Source of the DNA: an uncultured delta proteobacterium
GTDB taxonomy: Bacteria > Desulfobacterota > Desulfuromonadia > Geobacterales > Pseudopelobacteraceae
Length of the DNA stretch: 64,000 nt
NCBI GenBank assembly: GCA_963772835.1
Contig: CAVYYZ010000011.1
Span: 320,001 to 384,000 of the forward strand
Direction: 5' to 3'
The notes below the pieces were generated by a model. The model saw only the letters and a list, made by a program, of their open reading frames with translations, made no database searches and had not been told where the DNA came from. A program made the position numbers and the translations under genes. Shown here piece after piece: positions 30,436 through 40,855 of the stretch (position 1 is its first letter; every line of letters starts with the position of its first letter).

Positions 30436-31506
30436 TTAGTTGTCGAACATCAATTTACGTTCAAAATCCATTGAATGAGTAAGGCGTTGTGCATCCTGTA
30501 GAGTAATCAAATCCTGTCGATAGAGCTGCAGAAGGTGCATATCAAGAGTTTGCATGTGATACTGGGTTGCACCTTTTTCAATATGCTGTTCAATCTCATC
30601 GAGGCGACCTTCACGAATACAGGACTGAATTGTTGTCGTTGCCCTCATTATCTCAACTACCGGCAGTATGTTTTCACCGGATTTATCCTTGATCAGGCGG
30701 ATTGAAATTGTTGCCACCAGAATATCGGCCAGTCGGTGACGCATTATTTCCTGAGCTTCGGGTGGGAAGTGTCCTATTATTCGGTTGATGGTGGAAACTG
30801 CTCCTTGAGTGTGTAGGGTTGAAAGTACCAAATGCCCGGTCTCAGCCGCTTTAATACATGAATCAATTGTCTCTTTATCGCGCATTTCGCCAACCATTAT
30901 GACATCCGGATCCATTCTGAGCGCAGCTTTCAGCGCTGATGCAAAGCTGTCGGTGTCGGTTCCTATTTCACGCTGAATAATACAGCTTTTTTGTGATGTA
31001 AACAAAAACTCTATTGGATCCTCAATAGTTATAATATTATAGCTAAAGTTCTCGTTAAGATGTCTCAGCATGGAGGCGAGCGATGTTGATTTGCCGTTGC
31101 CGGTCGGACCGGTTACCAGAATCAGGCCGTTAGGAACCTGTGCGATTTCACCAAGAACCTTCGGAAGGTTCAAATCTTCAAACGTCCCGATGACCGGTGG
31201 GATCACCCTCATGACGACGCCGAAATAACCTTTCTGACGGAAAATACTGACTCTGAAACGACCACCGGATGACAGTGAATATGAAGCATCGCACTCTTTT
31301 AGGTCGTCGTTCACCTGACGGCCATTATGAGTAAGTATGGTTTCAACAATAAACCGGGTGTCAGCCGGGATGAGATTGGGCATCTTTGCACGGACTAATT
31401 GTCCCCTCCCTCTAAAAAAAGGTGGGTTGTCTACCTCGAAGTGGAGGTCAGAAACTTTCTTCTGAAATGCTATTTCCAGAATCTGATGCAGAATATTGAT
31501 ATCCAT
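30436..31506 (-). CDS. PilT/PilU-family type IV pilus ATPase
   Basis: SDLH, VTGPTGNGKST, TIEDPIEF, QREIG, ALRMDPDVIMVGEMRD, AETGHLV.STLHT. Confidence 0.92.
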   Translation of the reverse strand: MDINILHQILEIAFQKKVSDLHFEVDNPPFFRGRGQLVRAKMPNLIPADTRFIVETILTHNGRQVNDDLKECDASYSLSSGGRFRVSIFRQKGYFGVVMRVIPPVIGTFEDLNLPKVLGEIAQVPNGLILVTGPTGNGKSTSLASMLRHLNENFSYNIITIEDPIEFLFTSQKSCIIQREIGTDTDSFASALKAALRMDPDVIMVGEMRDKETIDSCIKAAETGHLVLSTLHTQGAVSTINRIIGHFPPEAQEIMRHRLADILVATISIRLIKDKSGENILPVVEIMRATTTIQSCIREGRLDEIEQHIEKGATQYHMQTLDMHLLQLYRQDLITLQDAQRLTHSMDFERKLMFDN

Positions 31507-31550
31507 CTTACCTCCGCTGAAATTGTAATATATGAAGAAGATCCTCTTTC

Positions 31551-33305
31551 TTACACCGATTTTTCAATACTTTTGCGATACAGGGCGTTGTCAAGAATCG
31601 ACCCGGCGTGTTGAGCAAGGGCTTCAAGCAGATTGATTTGGGGTGGAGAAACCGGCTTGGCACCAAAATCGGCATACGTTATTGCGATAACCTTACCCCT
31701 GCTTATCAACGGAACTGCCAGGACTTTTGGACTGCGAGGCGCTCCGATCTCTCGGTACAGAATATTTGTTAGCACCGCATCACTCCGCTGGCCGTAATAC
31801 AGGCGACCTTTATCAACAACCTCACGAAGAACAGAATTTTGCTCTAGCGGAATTCGGAAAAGGAGCGGTGCAGTTAATCCTTCAGTTTTTTCTGTGATGA
31901 CACCGATAGATTTTTCTGCAATCAATTCTGATTTAGCAATAACAAACGTTAAAACCCGTTCAAACTGGCCTGCAGCGAACTGGAGCATTACCAACGCGAT
32001 TTCAGGAGGGTTTGAAAGTGATTTCAATTGATTGAATGCTGCGATAAACCGGCGGTCCACTTCACCGTTCGCGACGGGTAGGATCGTTTTCATAATTGAT
32101 CCAATTCCTGAAAGAAATGCGATCATCTGGGGTACAAATGAATCTTCATGACAGCGTTCACAGGGACGCGGAAGTATTGATCTCGTTCCCGCTCTGAAAG
32201 CATCCATGCTGATGTTGCGCCAAGTCGTGCTGCAGGCGGTTATCAGTATAGAAATCTGAGGAAAAGCAGAAATTTTTTGGCGCACGAGTGAAAGTGACTG
32301 CGCTCCATCGGTTTCATGAGAAATATCAATAATAAGAATCGGATGGAGATCTCTGCCGAGAGACTGCTCGATAACAATGTCCAGAGAACTTTCTTCGTCA
32401 GAGGCAAATATAAACAGATTATCATGTTTACAGGTTGTCGCTATAGAATGGGAAAGAAGTTCGTTTTGCGTCAGCAGAATAATAGCTGTAACCGGTGGGG
32501 TTGAATCCGCATGCACAGGTGCGGACATGCCGGTCAGAAAAGAGACCAGCTGCTCCTGTCGATCGATGGTTGTTTCCGGAAGCGCCCGGGTAACAATCTG
32601 CCGGTGTTCATCAACCGGATCATAATCTTTCAGGCCGATAAAAACATCCGGAAGCTTGCGGATAACCGTGTCGAGCGTATCGAGGCCAAGCAGATCGGCT
32701 GTAATTTTCTGCGTTCCGGATTCAGAAGTAGTGGGCTCGCTTTTCCCGATGCTTGCATCGGTAAAGAAAATATTGCTCAGTGAGCCGTCGCGCATTTTTT
32801 CATCATAAATCCGGAGTGACTCCATCAGAACGCCCTGAGCGTTCAGCAGAATTTCCTGATGTAGCTTTTCAGGGAAATAACGATATTCATCTGAAATGTA
32901 TTTTTTTGAAACATCGAGAGAAAAGGTTCCGCTTGACCAGGTCAAAACTTCAACAATACTCATTTCAATCAATGTTTCCAGCCCCTTGAAGGCGGTCTCT
33001 TTGTCAATCGTCCCCTGTTCAATCAAAGTTGCGACCAACGGTTTGCGATCTCTTCCAGCCTCATTTTGTTCTGCCAGTGCCTGATTGAGAGCCTCCTGGG
33101 TAATGGCATTCATATCAACCAGCACTTTGCCGATTCGTACGCTGTTATTCAGATGGTTGGCGCTGACAAAATAGCCCTCATGAAAAACAAGCTGGCTCTC
33201 GCCTTTGGGGCTTTTCAAATATAAGACGCCGGTTTTACTGGTCATGTGTAGAAGCTGAATGACATCTACCAAAGGGAAATGTTCAAGATCACCGTTAAAC
33301 GACAT
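31551..33305 (-). CDS. DUF4388 domain protein with a probable C-terminal GAF-like domain
   Basis: MSFNGDLEHFPLVDVIQLLHMTSKTGVL (DUF4388 N-terminus), RIGKVLV, C-terminal AVPLISRGKVIAITYAD. Start set at 33305. Confidence 0.8.
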   Translation of the reverse strand: MSFNGDLEHFPLVDVIQLLHMTSKTGVLYLKSPKGESQLVFHEGYFVSANHLNNSVRIGKVLVDMNAITQEALNQALAEQNEAGRDRKPLVATLIEQGTIDKETAFKGLETLIEMSIVEVLTWSSGTFSLDVSKKYISDEYRYFPEKLHQEILLNAQGVLMESLRIYDEKMRDGSLSNIFFTDASIGKSEPTTSESGTQKITADLLGLDTLDTVIRKLPDVFIGLKDYDPVDEHRQIVTRALPETTIDRQEQLVSFLTGMSAPVHADSTPPVTAIILLTQNELLSHSIATTCKHDNLFIFASDEESSLDIVIEQSLGRDLHPILIIDISHETDGAQSLSLVRQKISAFPQISILITACSTTWRNISMDAFRAGTRSILPRPCERCHEDSFVPQMIAFLSGIGSIMKTILPVANGEVDRRFIAAFNQLKSLSNPPEIALVMLQFAAGQFERVLTFVIAKSELIAEKSIGVITEKTEGLTAPLLFRIPLEQNSVLREVVDKGRLYYGQRSDAVLTNILYREIGAPRSPKVLAVPLISRGKVIAITYADFGAKPVSPPQINLLEALAQHAGSILDNALYRKSIEKSV

Positions 33306-33475
33306 ATTATAAACTCCTCTTATTAATCGTAAACAGCCGTCACTATATCGCACATTGTAGTTATTTTGTGTAGATTGTTTCCGCAATTTTTCAGAGTATT
33401 AGTGACATGCTACAAATGTTTTGATACTAGTATGAAATGCTTTAAAATGAAATTATCCCATCAGGAGCCTTTGAT

Positions 33476-34315
33476 ATGAAGATATCCTGCCCTAAATGCA
33501 ACGCAAGTGGAACTATTCCTGATCACGAGGTACCTGAGTCAGGGCGGTTTCTCAATTGTCCTCGCTGTAACGAGGGGTTTACGGTTGCCAGGCAGCGTTC
33601 AGGATCTGATGTCTATCTCGTTGATACCTGTCCCTCATGCAGTTTCAGTACGTTTGGTGACGAAACATTCAGTGACTGTCCCAAATGCGGTGTTTCTGTC
33701 AAGGTTTTCGTTGAACGTCAACGCGAAGAACAACGGTTGAAACATAATCAGGAACTGTTAGGAAAAAAGTTAAACAATCCTGAATATATTGCTGTTCAAC
33801 CGGAAGTTGTCGATACTCCTGTCGCCGATTTTATCGATAATCTTCACCCGGTTAATCTTATAAGCTGGGGGGTTGCAGCTGCCGCGGTACTTATTCTTGG
33901 CCTCGGCTTGTGGGGAATTGTCGGGTATGATGCTTCCAAAATACAGGCTCTGCTGATGGCGGAGCGGGACACGCCGGTTTCAAAGTTTACCGTTTTTCTG
34001 GATTATGGTCTGATCCACTGGGTCAAGCTGATTTACGGATGTGGTGCATTGGTTGTCGCGATCCTTTTCATGAAACGTCAGAAGTCGAGTCTGAAAGCCA
34101 TGAGTGGTTTGTTGTGGGTGACTATTGTCCTTGTGCCGCTATCATATAGTATAGGATTTATATATTGGGTTCTGGCTCCGATACCTCACACAATCAGCGG
34201 TTATCTGATTGAAATTTTGAATATACTTTTCATGGGCGCTCTTGTGGGAGTGCCTCTGTATCTACTCGAGCGCTATCTTCACGAAAAAAAATTAACCTCC
34301 GTTGTCACTCTCTGA
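33476..34315 (+). CDS. Zinc-ribbon (MJ0042-like) membrane protein
   Basis: CPKC...CPRC and CPSC...CPKC pairs followed by about four hydrophobic segments. Confidence 0.75.
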   Translation: MKISCPKCNASGTIPDHEVPESGRFLNCPRCNEGFTVARQRSGSDVYLVDTCPSCSFSTFGDETFSDCPKCGVSVKVFVERQREEQRLKHNQELLGKKLNNPEYIAVQPEVVDTPVADFIDNLHPVNLISWGVAAAAVLILGLGLWGIVGYDASKIQALLMAERDTPVSKFTVFLDYGLIHWVKLIYGCGALVVAILFMKRQKSSLKAMSGLLWVTIVLVPLSYSIGFIYWVLAPIPHTISGYLIEILNILFMGALVGVPLYLLERYLHEKKLTSVVTL

Positions 34316-34316
34316 A

Positions 34317-35054
34317 ATGGTTTCTGGAACGCTATTGCCGTTTCTTCCCTGGTTTGCTGTCGCAGTACTCTTTATCGGGCCGTTCGTGCGCATCGGTCTG
34401 GCGGTTGCACTGGTTGCCCAGCTGATTTATCTATTCAGCCGCGGTATTATGCTTGGCCGTCTTCCTCTGCTCGGTCCGCATGACACACTGATGTTCTTCG
34501 GCATGTCAGTGACACTTATGGGGCTGCTCGCATCATATTCTCCGATCATTCGCGGTAAGAGATGGTTTATGGCTGCAGTGGGAATTCCGGCGGGAATTTT
34601 CACCGCGGGTGCACTCCTGTTCAGCCCGCTCAACATGCCGCTGCCGCAGATACTTGACACACTCTGGTTTGAGCTGCATGTTGTTGTGGCATTTTTCGGT
34701 TATGCCCTTTTTTTTATCGGGGGTATAATGAGTGCCGCCTATCTCTGTTCAGGCTCACGGGCTCACCTGGGTTTGTTTTACAAAACTGCGCTGACAGGAT
34801 GGACTTTTTTTTCTGTTTCAATGATATCGGGTGGAATCTGGGGGTATTATGCCTGGGGAACATACTGGCTTTGGACACCAAAAGAATTATGGACAGCTAT
34901 TCTCTGGCTGTTTTATGCTCTGGTGTTGCACGTCAGGCTGAAGGGGTCTCGTTGGGATACCATTTTGGCCTGTCTTGGAATTGCTGGTGTGTTCATAATG
35001 ATGTTTACCTATATGGGTGTAAGCATGTTGATGAAGAGTTCACACAGTTTTTGA
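34317..35054 (+). CDS. Cytochrome c biogenesis protein (CcsA/ResC-like)
   Basis: WFELHV and GGIWGYYAWGTYWLWTPKE (WWD-domain-like); very hydrophobic. Confidence 0.85.
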   Translation: MVSGTLLPFLPWFAVAVLFIGPFVRIGLAVALVAQLIYLFSRGIMLGRLPLLGPHDTLMFFGMSVTLMGLLASYSPIIRGKRWFMAAVGIPAGIFTAGALLFSPLNMPLPQILDTLWFELHVVVAFFGYALFFIGGIMSAAYLCSGSRAHLGLFYKTALTGWTFFSVSMISGGIWGYYAWGTYWLWTPKELWTAILWLFYALVLHVRLKGSRWDTILACLGIAGVFIMMFTYMGVSMLMKSSHSF

Positions 35055-35066
35055 AGTCATCAGTAT

Positions 35067-35948
35067 TCAGTCCCTGAAACGTTTCAATAAATCGCCGTAC
35101 CCGTCGATCCTTCGGTCACGCAGGAAGGGCCAGATGCGCCGGACCCGTTCGCTCCTTTCACCATCTATTTCAATCTCTATAATTTCTTCGTTCGTTTGGG
35201 ATGCTTCCACCAGAATTTCTCCTTGCGGACCGGCAGCAAAACTGCCGCCCCAGAACTGAATGCCGACGTCCTGCTGCTGCGAGTTTTCAAAACCGACCCG
35301 GTTGACGGCCAGAACCGGCAGTCCGTTAGCCACCGCGTGCCCGCGCTGTACCGTGATCCAGGCATCATATTGCCGCAGCCTCTCCTCATCTGTATCTTCC
35401 ATGTCCCAGCCTATGGCGGTCGGATAGATCAACAGATCCGCTCCAGCCAGGGCCATAAGCCTGGCAGCTTCAGGATACCATTGGTCCCAGCACACCATTA
35501 CACCGAGATTGCCGACAGAGGTTTTAATCGGGTTAAAGCCGGTGTCGCCGGGGGTGAAATAGAACTTTTCATAAAATCCCGGGTCATCAGGGATATGCAT
35601 TTTGCGATAGATACCGGCAATGGAACCGTCATTTTCGAGTACTACCGCCGTATTATGATACAGCCCGGCAGCTCTCCGCTCAAACAGAGAAGCAATAATA
35701 ACTACTCCCAGTTCATCTGCAAGTGCTCCCAATGTTCCGGTAGTTGGCCCCGGTATCGGTTCGGCCAGGTCAAACAGGTCAGGAGACTCAATCTGGCAGA
35801 AATACGTGGATGTGTGCAATTCCTGAAGCACGATAAGTTGTGCCCCGGAAGCCGCAGCTGTGCGGATCATCTGAGTTGTTTTAGAAAGATTATCATCACG
35901 GTTGCTGCTGCAGCGTTGCTGAATTAACGCAACTTTGAGCGTTTTCAT
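35067..35948 (-). CDS. aguB: N-carbamoylputrescine amidase (carbon-nitrogen hydrolase)
   Basis: LQELH, YRKMHIPDDPGFYEKFYFTPGD, VCWDQWYPE, WPFLRDRR; overlaps the agmatine deiminase stop. Confidence 0.88.
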   Translation of the reverse strand: MKTLKVALIQQRCSSNRDDNLSKTTQMIRTAAASGAQLIVLQELHTSTYFCQIESPDLFDLAEPIPGPTTGTLGALADELGVVIIASLFERRAAGLYHNTAVVLENDGSIAGIYRKMHIPDDPGFYEKFYFTPGDTGFNPIKTSVGNLGVMVCWDQWYPEAARLMALAGADLLIYPTAIGWDMEDTDEERLRQYDAWITVQRGHAVANGLPVLAVNRVGFENSQQQDVGIQFWGGSFAAGPQGEILVEASQTNEEIIEIEIDGERSERVRRIWPFLRDRRIDGYGDLLKRFRD

Positions 35949-36970
35949 GCCAGAACCCCCTGAGGAAGATGCATTGTTACGCAATGCAAAGAACCATGCT
36001 GTTCAAGCAGGGGCAGGCAGTCAATGCCGATGGTTTCCCGTCCCGGAAAGGCCTGTGAGATTCGTTCCAGTGCCGTACGGTCGTTCTCCGTATCTCGATA
36101 GGTCGGTACCAGTACTGCACCGTTGATTATCAGGAAATTTGAGTAGGTTGCCGGAAGCCGATGGGCATGCTCATCAAAACGAGCTTTTGGCCAGGGGAGG
36201 GGTATCAGGCGATATGGAGAACCGTCCGGAGCAGTGAACGATTTCAGCTCTTCTTCCATCAGTTTCAGTTGTTCAAAATGTTCATCAAGAGGGTGGTCAC
36301 AGGCCTGATAGACAATGGTGCTGTCCGGACAGATACGGGCCAGGGTATCGATATGGGAGTCGGTATCATCACCTGCAAGGCCGCCATGGTTGAGCCAGAG
36401 AACTCGTTTTGCTCCGATTAGAGAGGCCAGCGCCTGTTCAATTTCGCTCTTATCCAACTGTGGATTACGGTTTTGCGAAAGCAGACATTCAGCCGTTGTC
36501 AGAATCGTTCCGAGGCCGTCACTTTCAATACTGCCGCCTTCCAAAATCAATCCGATTGTGTTCAGTCTGGGGAGTAACAGACCCTGCTGTTTAAGCTTTT
36601 TCGAAATAATATTATCAAAGTTAGCGGGAAATTTTAACCCCCAGCCGTTGAAACCAAAGTCAAGTAGTGTCGGTTTGTTGTTGAAGATAACAGTAATTGG
36701 TCCAAAATCACGCGTCCACGTATCGTTGCACGGAATTTCACAGATAGTGACTTTTGTCAAATCGACTCCGGCCTTGCTAAGATAGTCTACAACCGAGGCT
36801 GCATGGGGTGCAGTAAGAAGTACCCGTTCAAACCGGCAAATATTTCTTATAATCTCTGCAAAGACCGGACGGACGTCATCCAGCATATAGGCCCAATCGG
36901 TTCCTTCGTGTGGCCAGGCCATCAGCACGCCGTCTTGAATTTCCCATTCGGCAGGTAATCGTGGATTCAC
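35945..36970 (-). CDS. aguA: Agmatine deiminase family protein
   Basis: PAEWE, DTWTRDFGP, FNGWGLKF, EGGSIESDG, DDTDSHID, GSLHCVT. Confidence 0.9.
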   Translation of the reverse strand: MNPRLPAEWEIQDGVLMAWPHEGTDWAYMLDDVRPVFAEIIRNICRFERVLLTAPHAASVVDYLSKAGVDLTKVTICEIPCNDTWTRDFGPITVIFNNKPTLLDFGFNGWGLKFPANFDNIISKKLKQQGLLLPRLNTIGLILEGGSIESDGLGTILTTAECLLSQNRNPQLDKSEIEQALASLIGAKRVLWLNHGGLAGDDTDSHIDTLARICPDSTIVYQACDHPLDEHFEQLKLMEEELKSFTAPDGSPYRLIPLPWPKARFDEHAHRLPATYSNFLIINGAVLVPTYRDTENDRTALERISQAFPGRETIGIDCLPLLEQHGSLHCVTMHLPQGVLA

Positions 36971-37749
36971 AGTAATTCTCCATTATATTAATTTGAAAGG
37001 GCAGGGATAATACAACTATAAAACGGTTATCGGGATCGTACTATAGAACATTTTTCAACACCCTTGCAAGAGCAGGTTTCCCTAAATCTAATGGACATGG
37101 AAAATGTTATAAAGCGAGCCACAGGTGAATAATACAATTCTATAAAAACGATCAGTCAATGCAAACGTCCTGAAGTCAATGACTTTTCCTGCACATGAGT
37201 ATTCTCCTTACTGAGTTAATCTAAAACCGCAGGCGTCGGACAAGTCCCAATCAGGACCTTTCCTCTGACAACTTCAGCTGTCGAATCGCTCTAACAACTT
37301 CAAGTTTAATCCGCGGGTAATTTGTTTTTTTGTCCTGTGTGAGGGTGCAATTTTGAAAGGTCGCATGTAGTTCAGTGCGTTCCCGGGTCGAACCGATGAA
37401 GGTGGTTCTATCCCGCGTACACGGAACACCTTCGGGAATATGGAGTGGGGTGCCTGGGGTGGAGTAGATGCCGGTGTCCGTGTCAAGACCGACAGGATAG
37501 GTCGTGAGCCCTCTGACAACAGTACTCATTGAACTTTTGGAGATGACAGAGTTTCCGGCGATTGAAAGCATGACAACACAAGAGACTGTTATCTCCCGTT
37601 TTCTGCTTCAACCTCTGTGACAGAACCTCAGACAGCCGATTGCTTGTGCAATCCGCCATCCCTCTATTCAGTAGAGGCTGCGATTCAACTCCCTACAAGT
37701 AGTGTCGATCTGGAATGATAAGAAATCAGATTCTATGTGGATGTTGTGG

Positions 37750-38025
37750 TCAAAAATCATGTTCAAGGATTTCCAGGCCCAATCCAACAGAATTGACTCG
37801 CGTGATGCGACTCTTATATTTGAAATATGCAGTTGAGTGGTCATTGTTAAATATCAGGCTGCATGTATCTCCTGGTCTAATAGTGTCGGGAGCGGGGTTG
37901 TACAATGTTACCAGAGCACCAGTAATGGAAATATTCATAACTGCACCGCAGTATTTTGATCCGGCAAAATACAAAAGACATTTTTCAGCACAATTGATTC
38001 TCTGGTGATTTCTTTTTTCGGCCAT
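37750..38025 (-). CDS. PilZ-domain protein (91 aa)
   Basis: EKRNHQR (RxxxR) and NISITGA ([D/N]xSxxG) motifs; RBS GGAGG upstream of ATG 38025. Confidence 0.8.
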   Translation of the reverse strand: MAEKRNHQRINCAEKCLLYFAGSKYCGAVMNISITGALVTLYNPAPDTIRPGDTCSLIFNNDHSTAYFKYKSRITRVNSVGLGLEILEHDF

Positions 38026-38512
38026 AGCCCCCACCTCCCTTTCCACGTTCAGAAAGCAAATACCACGCCGTAACATAACTGTTCGTAAATATGAGATAAT
38101 TCATTCGTAGTCGGAAAGCGGATAAACATTTCGTAAGCTGAATCGACAGATTTAGTGGTAAAACCGACAATTTCAATGCTGGGAATATCTGTTTGGATTG
38201 CCACATGAATATGCTGAAAATGTAACAGGATGAACAAATTTAACAATCCTTAGACGTACCCGTTAAATACGCTTTTACCATGTTTTTGAACCCCCTGTTA
38301 TGTTCTGTATTAACATATTATTTTAATCGAAACAGTTGTAACACCCTAACAAGTATCAATATTCAATATGGCACACAATGTGATTAGAGTACGTTGAGTG
38401 CAGTTGATGACTTGAATCTTGAAAAAATGAATTCGAGCATGTGCAGATTTTTAAATTTCTGAAACATTGAAATAATTAACGCTCTAAAAGTTTTTGTAGT
38501 GTCGTGAGATAA

Positions 38513-39553
38513 ATGCCAATGAAAATAACAACTCATTTATATAATGAAGACGGTAATGCCTGGAATACATTTGTCTCGTCACATCAGGACAGCACCAACT
38601 ATCACCAATATGGGTGGAGGAAAGTTATTGAAAAAAGTTTCGGTCACAGAACTATGTATCTGGCTGCTATTGACAGTCATAACGAAATCTGTGGAGTTCT
38701 GCCATTTGTCCAGGTGAAAAGCAGGTTGTTTGGCAGTTTTCTGGTTTCACTTCCATTTTTAAACTATGGCGGTATGCTTGTTTCCGAGTTTGCTGCCATC
38801 TCCGCATTACTGGACGCTTCGCGAAAAATCCTTTCTGGAACAGGTGTAGATCATATTGAATTCCGCAACCTTAAAATGTGTAATGAAGTCGTAGCGACGA
38901 AACAGCACAAAGTAACAATGATACTGGAGTTAAAAAAGAATGTAGAAGAGCAGTGGGGCAGTCTTGATGTCAAAGTGCGTAATCAGGTTCGCAAAGCGGA
39001 AAAGAATGGTTTAAAGTCTGTTATAGGGCACATTGATCTGCTGGACGGATTTTACGAGGTTTTCTGTCGAAATATGCGCGATCTTGGGACACCGGTATAC
39101 GGGAGAGATTTTTTCCGCAACGTTCTGGAGGAATTTCCTGATACCACACGAATTCTTACGATAACGCTTGATGGAAAAACTATTGCATCAGCTCTTTTGA
39201 CCTGGCACAAGGGTACTCTTGAAGTCCCGTGGGCTTCCTCAAACAGAGACTATCGACAGTTCTGCCCCAATAATCTTCTGTATTGGGATGCAATCCGTTT
39301 TGCCATCGGTTTGGGAGCAGGCATGTTTGATTTCGGCCGTTCTACTCCAGGTGAAGGAACCTTCAACTTCAAGAAACAGTGGGGTGCCAGATCAGTGCCG
39401 CTTTACTGGCAGTATCTGCTTCATGAAGGTGATGCACTTCCTGAAATCAATCCGAAGAACCCACGATTCCGCCTTGCAATTCAAGCATGGCAACGGCTGC
39501 CCTTGATGATAACAAATATTTTAGGGCCGCATATTATCCGCTGTATACCATAA
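38513..39553 (+). CDS. FemAB-like GNAT protein (XrtA/PEP-CTERM system-associated type)
   Basis: VSLPFLNYGG, KVRNQVRKA, RDLGTPV, PNNLLYW, FDFGRS, FKKQWGA. Confidence 0.85.
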   Translation: MPMKITTHLYNEDGNAWNTFVSSHQDSTNYHQYGWRKVIEKSFGHRTMYLAAIDSHNEICGVLPFVQVKSRLFGSFLVSLPFLNYGGMLVSEFAAISALLDASRKILSGTGVDHIEFRNLKMCNEVVATKQHKVTMILELKKNVEEQWGSLDVKVRNQVRKAEKNGLKSVIGHIDLLDGFYEVFCRNMRDLGTPVYGRDFFRNVLEEFPDTTRILTITLDGKTIASALLTWHKGTLEVPWASSNRDYRQFCPNNLLYWDAIRFAIGLGAGMFDFGRSTPGEGTFNFKKQWGARSVPLYWQYLLHEGDALPEINPKNPRFRLAIQAWQRLPLMITNILGPHIIRCIP

Positions 39554-39720
39554 GTCGGACAATGCTCGTTGTTTGGCACGATCCCATCTTACATGCATTT
39601 TTCTGTATTAATCGAACGAACCTCCTCTGACGTTAAATAAAAGTCACTCGTGAGCTTGTGAGCTGTGAAAATACGCGCCGTTCTTGACTTTCACGCCCGC
39701 TTTTGGCACTATGTCAAACC

Positions 39721-40776
39721 ATGAAAAAATTGACCAGGCAAATATTTATCGGCCGGGTAGCTGTCGGCGGTGATGCTCCCTGCTCTGTACAGTCAATGTG
39801 CAGCACCGACACCCGGGACATAGAAGCAACAACCGCCCAGATCAAAGACCTTGCAGAGGTCGGCTGCGAAATTGTCCGTTGTGCGGTTCCTGATCTTGAT
39901 GCTGCCCATGCATTGACACGAATCAAGCTGAATAGTCCCATTCCTGTGGTAGCCGATATTCACTTCGATTATAAACTGGCTCTACAGGTACTTAAAGGGG
40001 GAATAGACGGCCTGCGTCTTAACCCAGGTAATATTGGAGATAAGTGGAAAGTTGCCGAAATTGTAGCGGCTGCGGATGATCGAAAGGTCCCAATCCGGAT
40101 CGGAGTTAATGCCGGTTCTCTCGAAAAAGAGCTGCTTCAGCGTTACGGCCACCCGTCAGCCGAGGCAATGGTGGAATCGGCCATAGGACATATTCGTATC
40201 CTTGAAGATTTAAACTTCCAGGAGATAAAGATTTCTCTTAAGGCGTCTGATGTGATGAAGACTGTGGCTGCATACCGCCTGTTTTCGGAACAGTCTGATT
40301 ACCCTTTGCATATCGGCATCACCGAGGCAGGAACACTTTTTTCCGGTACAATCAAATCGTCTGTCGGGCTTGGAATACTATTGGCTGACGGGATCGGTGA
40401 TACGATGCGGGTTTCGCTTACCGGGGCCCCGAGGGATGAGATACGTGTTGGTTATGATATATTGAAAGCACTCGGATTACGCCGCCGTGGGGTGAATTTT
40501 GTTTCCTGCCCAACCTGCGGCCGGTGCCAAATTGACCTTATTCGGGTAGCTGAGGATGTTGAGAAACGACTGCAGGGTGTAGACCGACAGATTACTGTGG
40601 CTGTCATGGGATGTGCGGTTAACGGCCCGGGTGAAGCACGTGAAGCGGATGTCGGTATTGCGGGTGGAAAAGGGGAAGGACTCATATTTCGACATGGTGA
40701 AATTGTTCGTAAAGTGCCGGAAGATCAGCTTGCAGATGCATTAATGGAAGAAATACAGAAAATACAGCGGCTTTAA
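39721..40776 (+). CDS. ispG: 4-hydroxy-3-methylbut-2-en-1-yl diphosphate synthase
   Basis: VQSM, ADIHF, RLNPGNIG, RIGVNAGSL, HIGITEAG, SCPTCGRC, MGCAVNGPGE. Confidence 0.96.
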   Translation: MKKLTRQIFIGRVAVGGDAPCSVQSMCSTDTRDIEATTAQIKDLAEVGCEIVRCAVPDLDAAHALTRIKLNSPIPVVADIHFDYKLALQVLKGGIDGLRLNPGNIGDKWKVAEIVAAADDRKVPIRIGVNAGSLEKELLQRYGHPSAEAMVESAIGHIRILEDLNFQEIKISLKASDVMKTVAAYRLFSEQSDYPLHIGITEAGTLFSGTIKSSVGLGILLADGIGDTMRVSLTGAPRDEIRVGYDILKALGLRRRGVNFVSCPTCGRCQIDLIRVAEDVEKRLQGVDRQITVAVMGCAVNGPGEAREADVGIAGGKGEGLIFRHGEIVRKVPEDQLADALMEEIQKIQRL

Positions 40777-40855
40777 TCTGACGCTTCATGGTTGATGCAG
40801 TAAAGACGGTTTAATCAAAATACGTATGGTATGGAAGTACCAGTCTGGGGTTTTT

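Noticed and set aside
37251..37571. ORFs 37251-37571 and 37274-37519 as real genes
   Set aside because: No recognisable motifs or clear RBS; the region is reported instead as a possible structured RNA.
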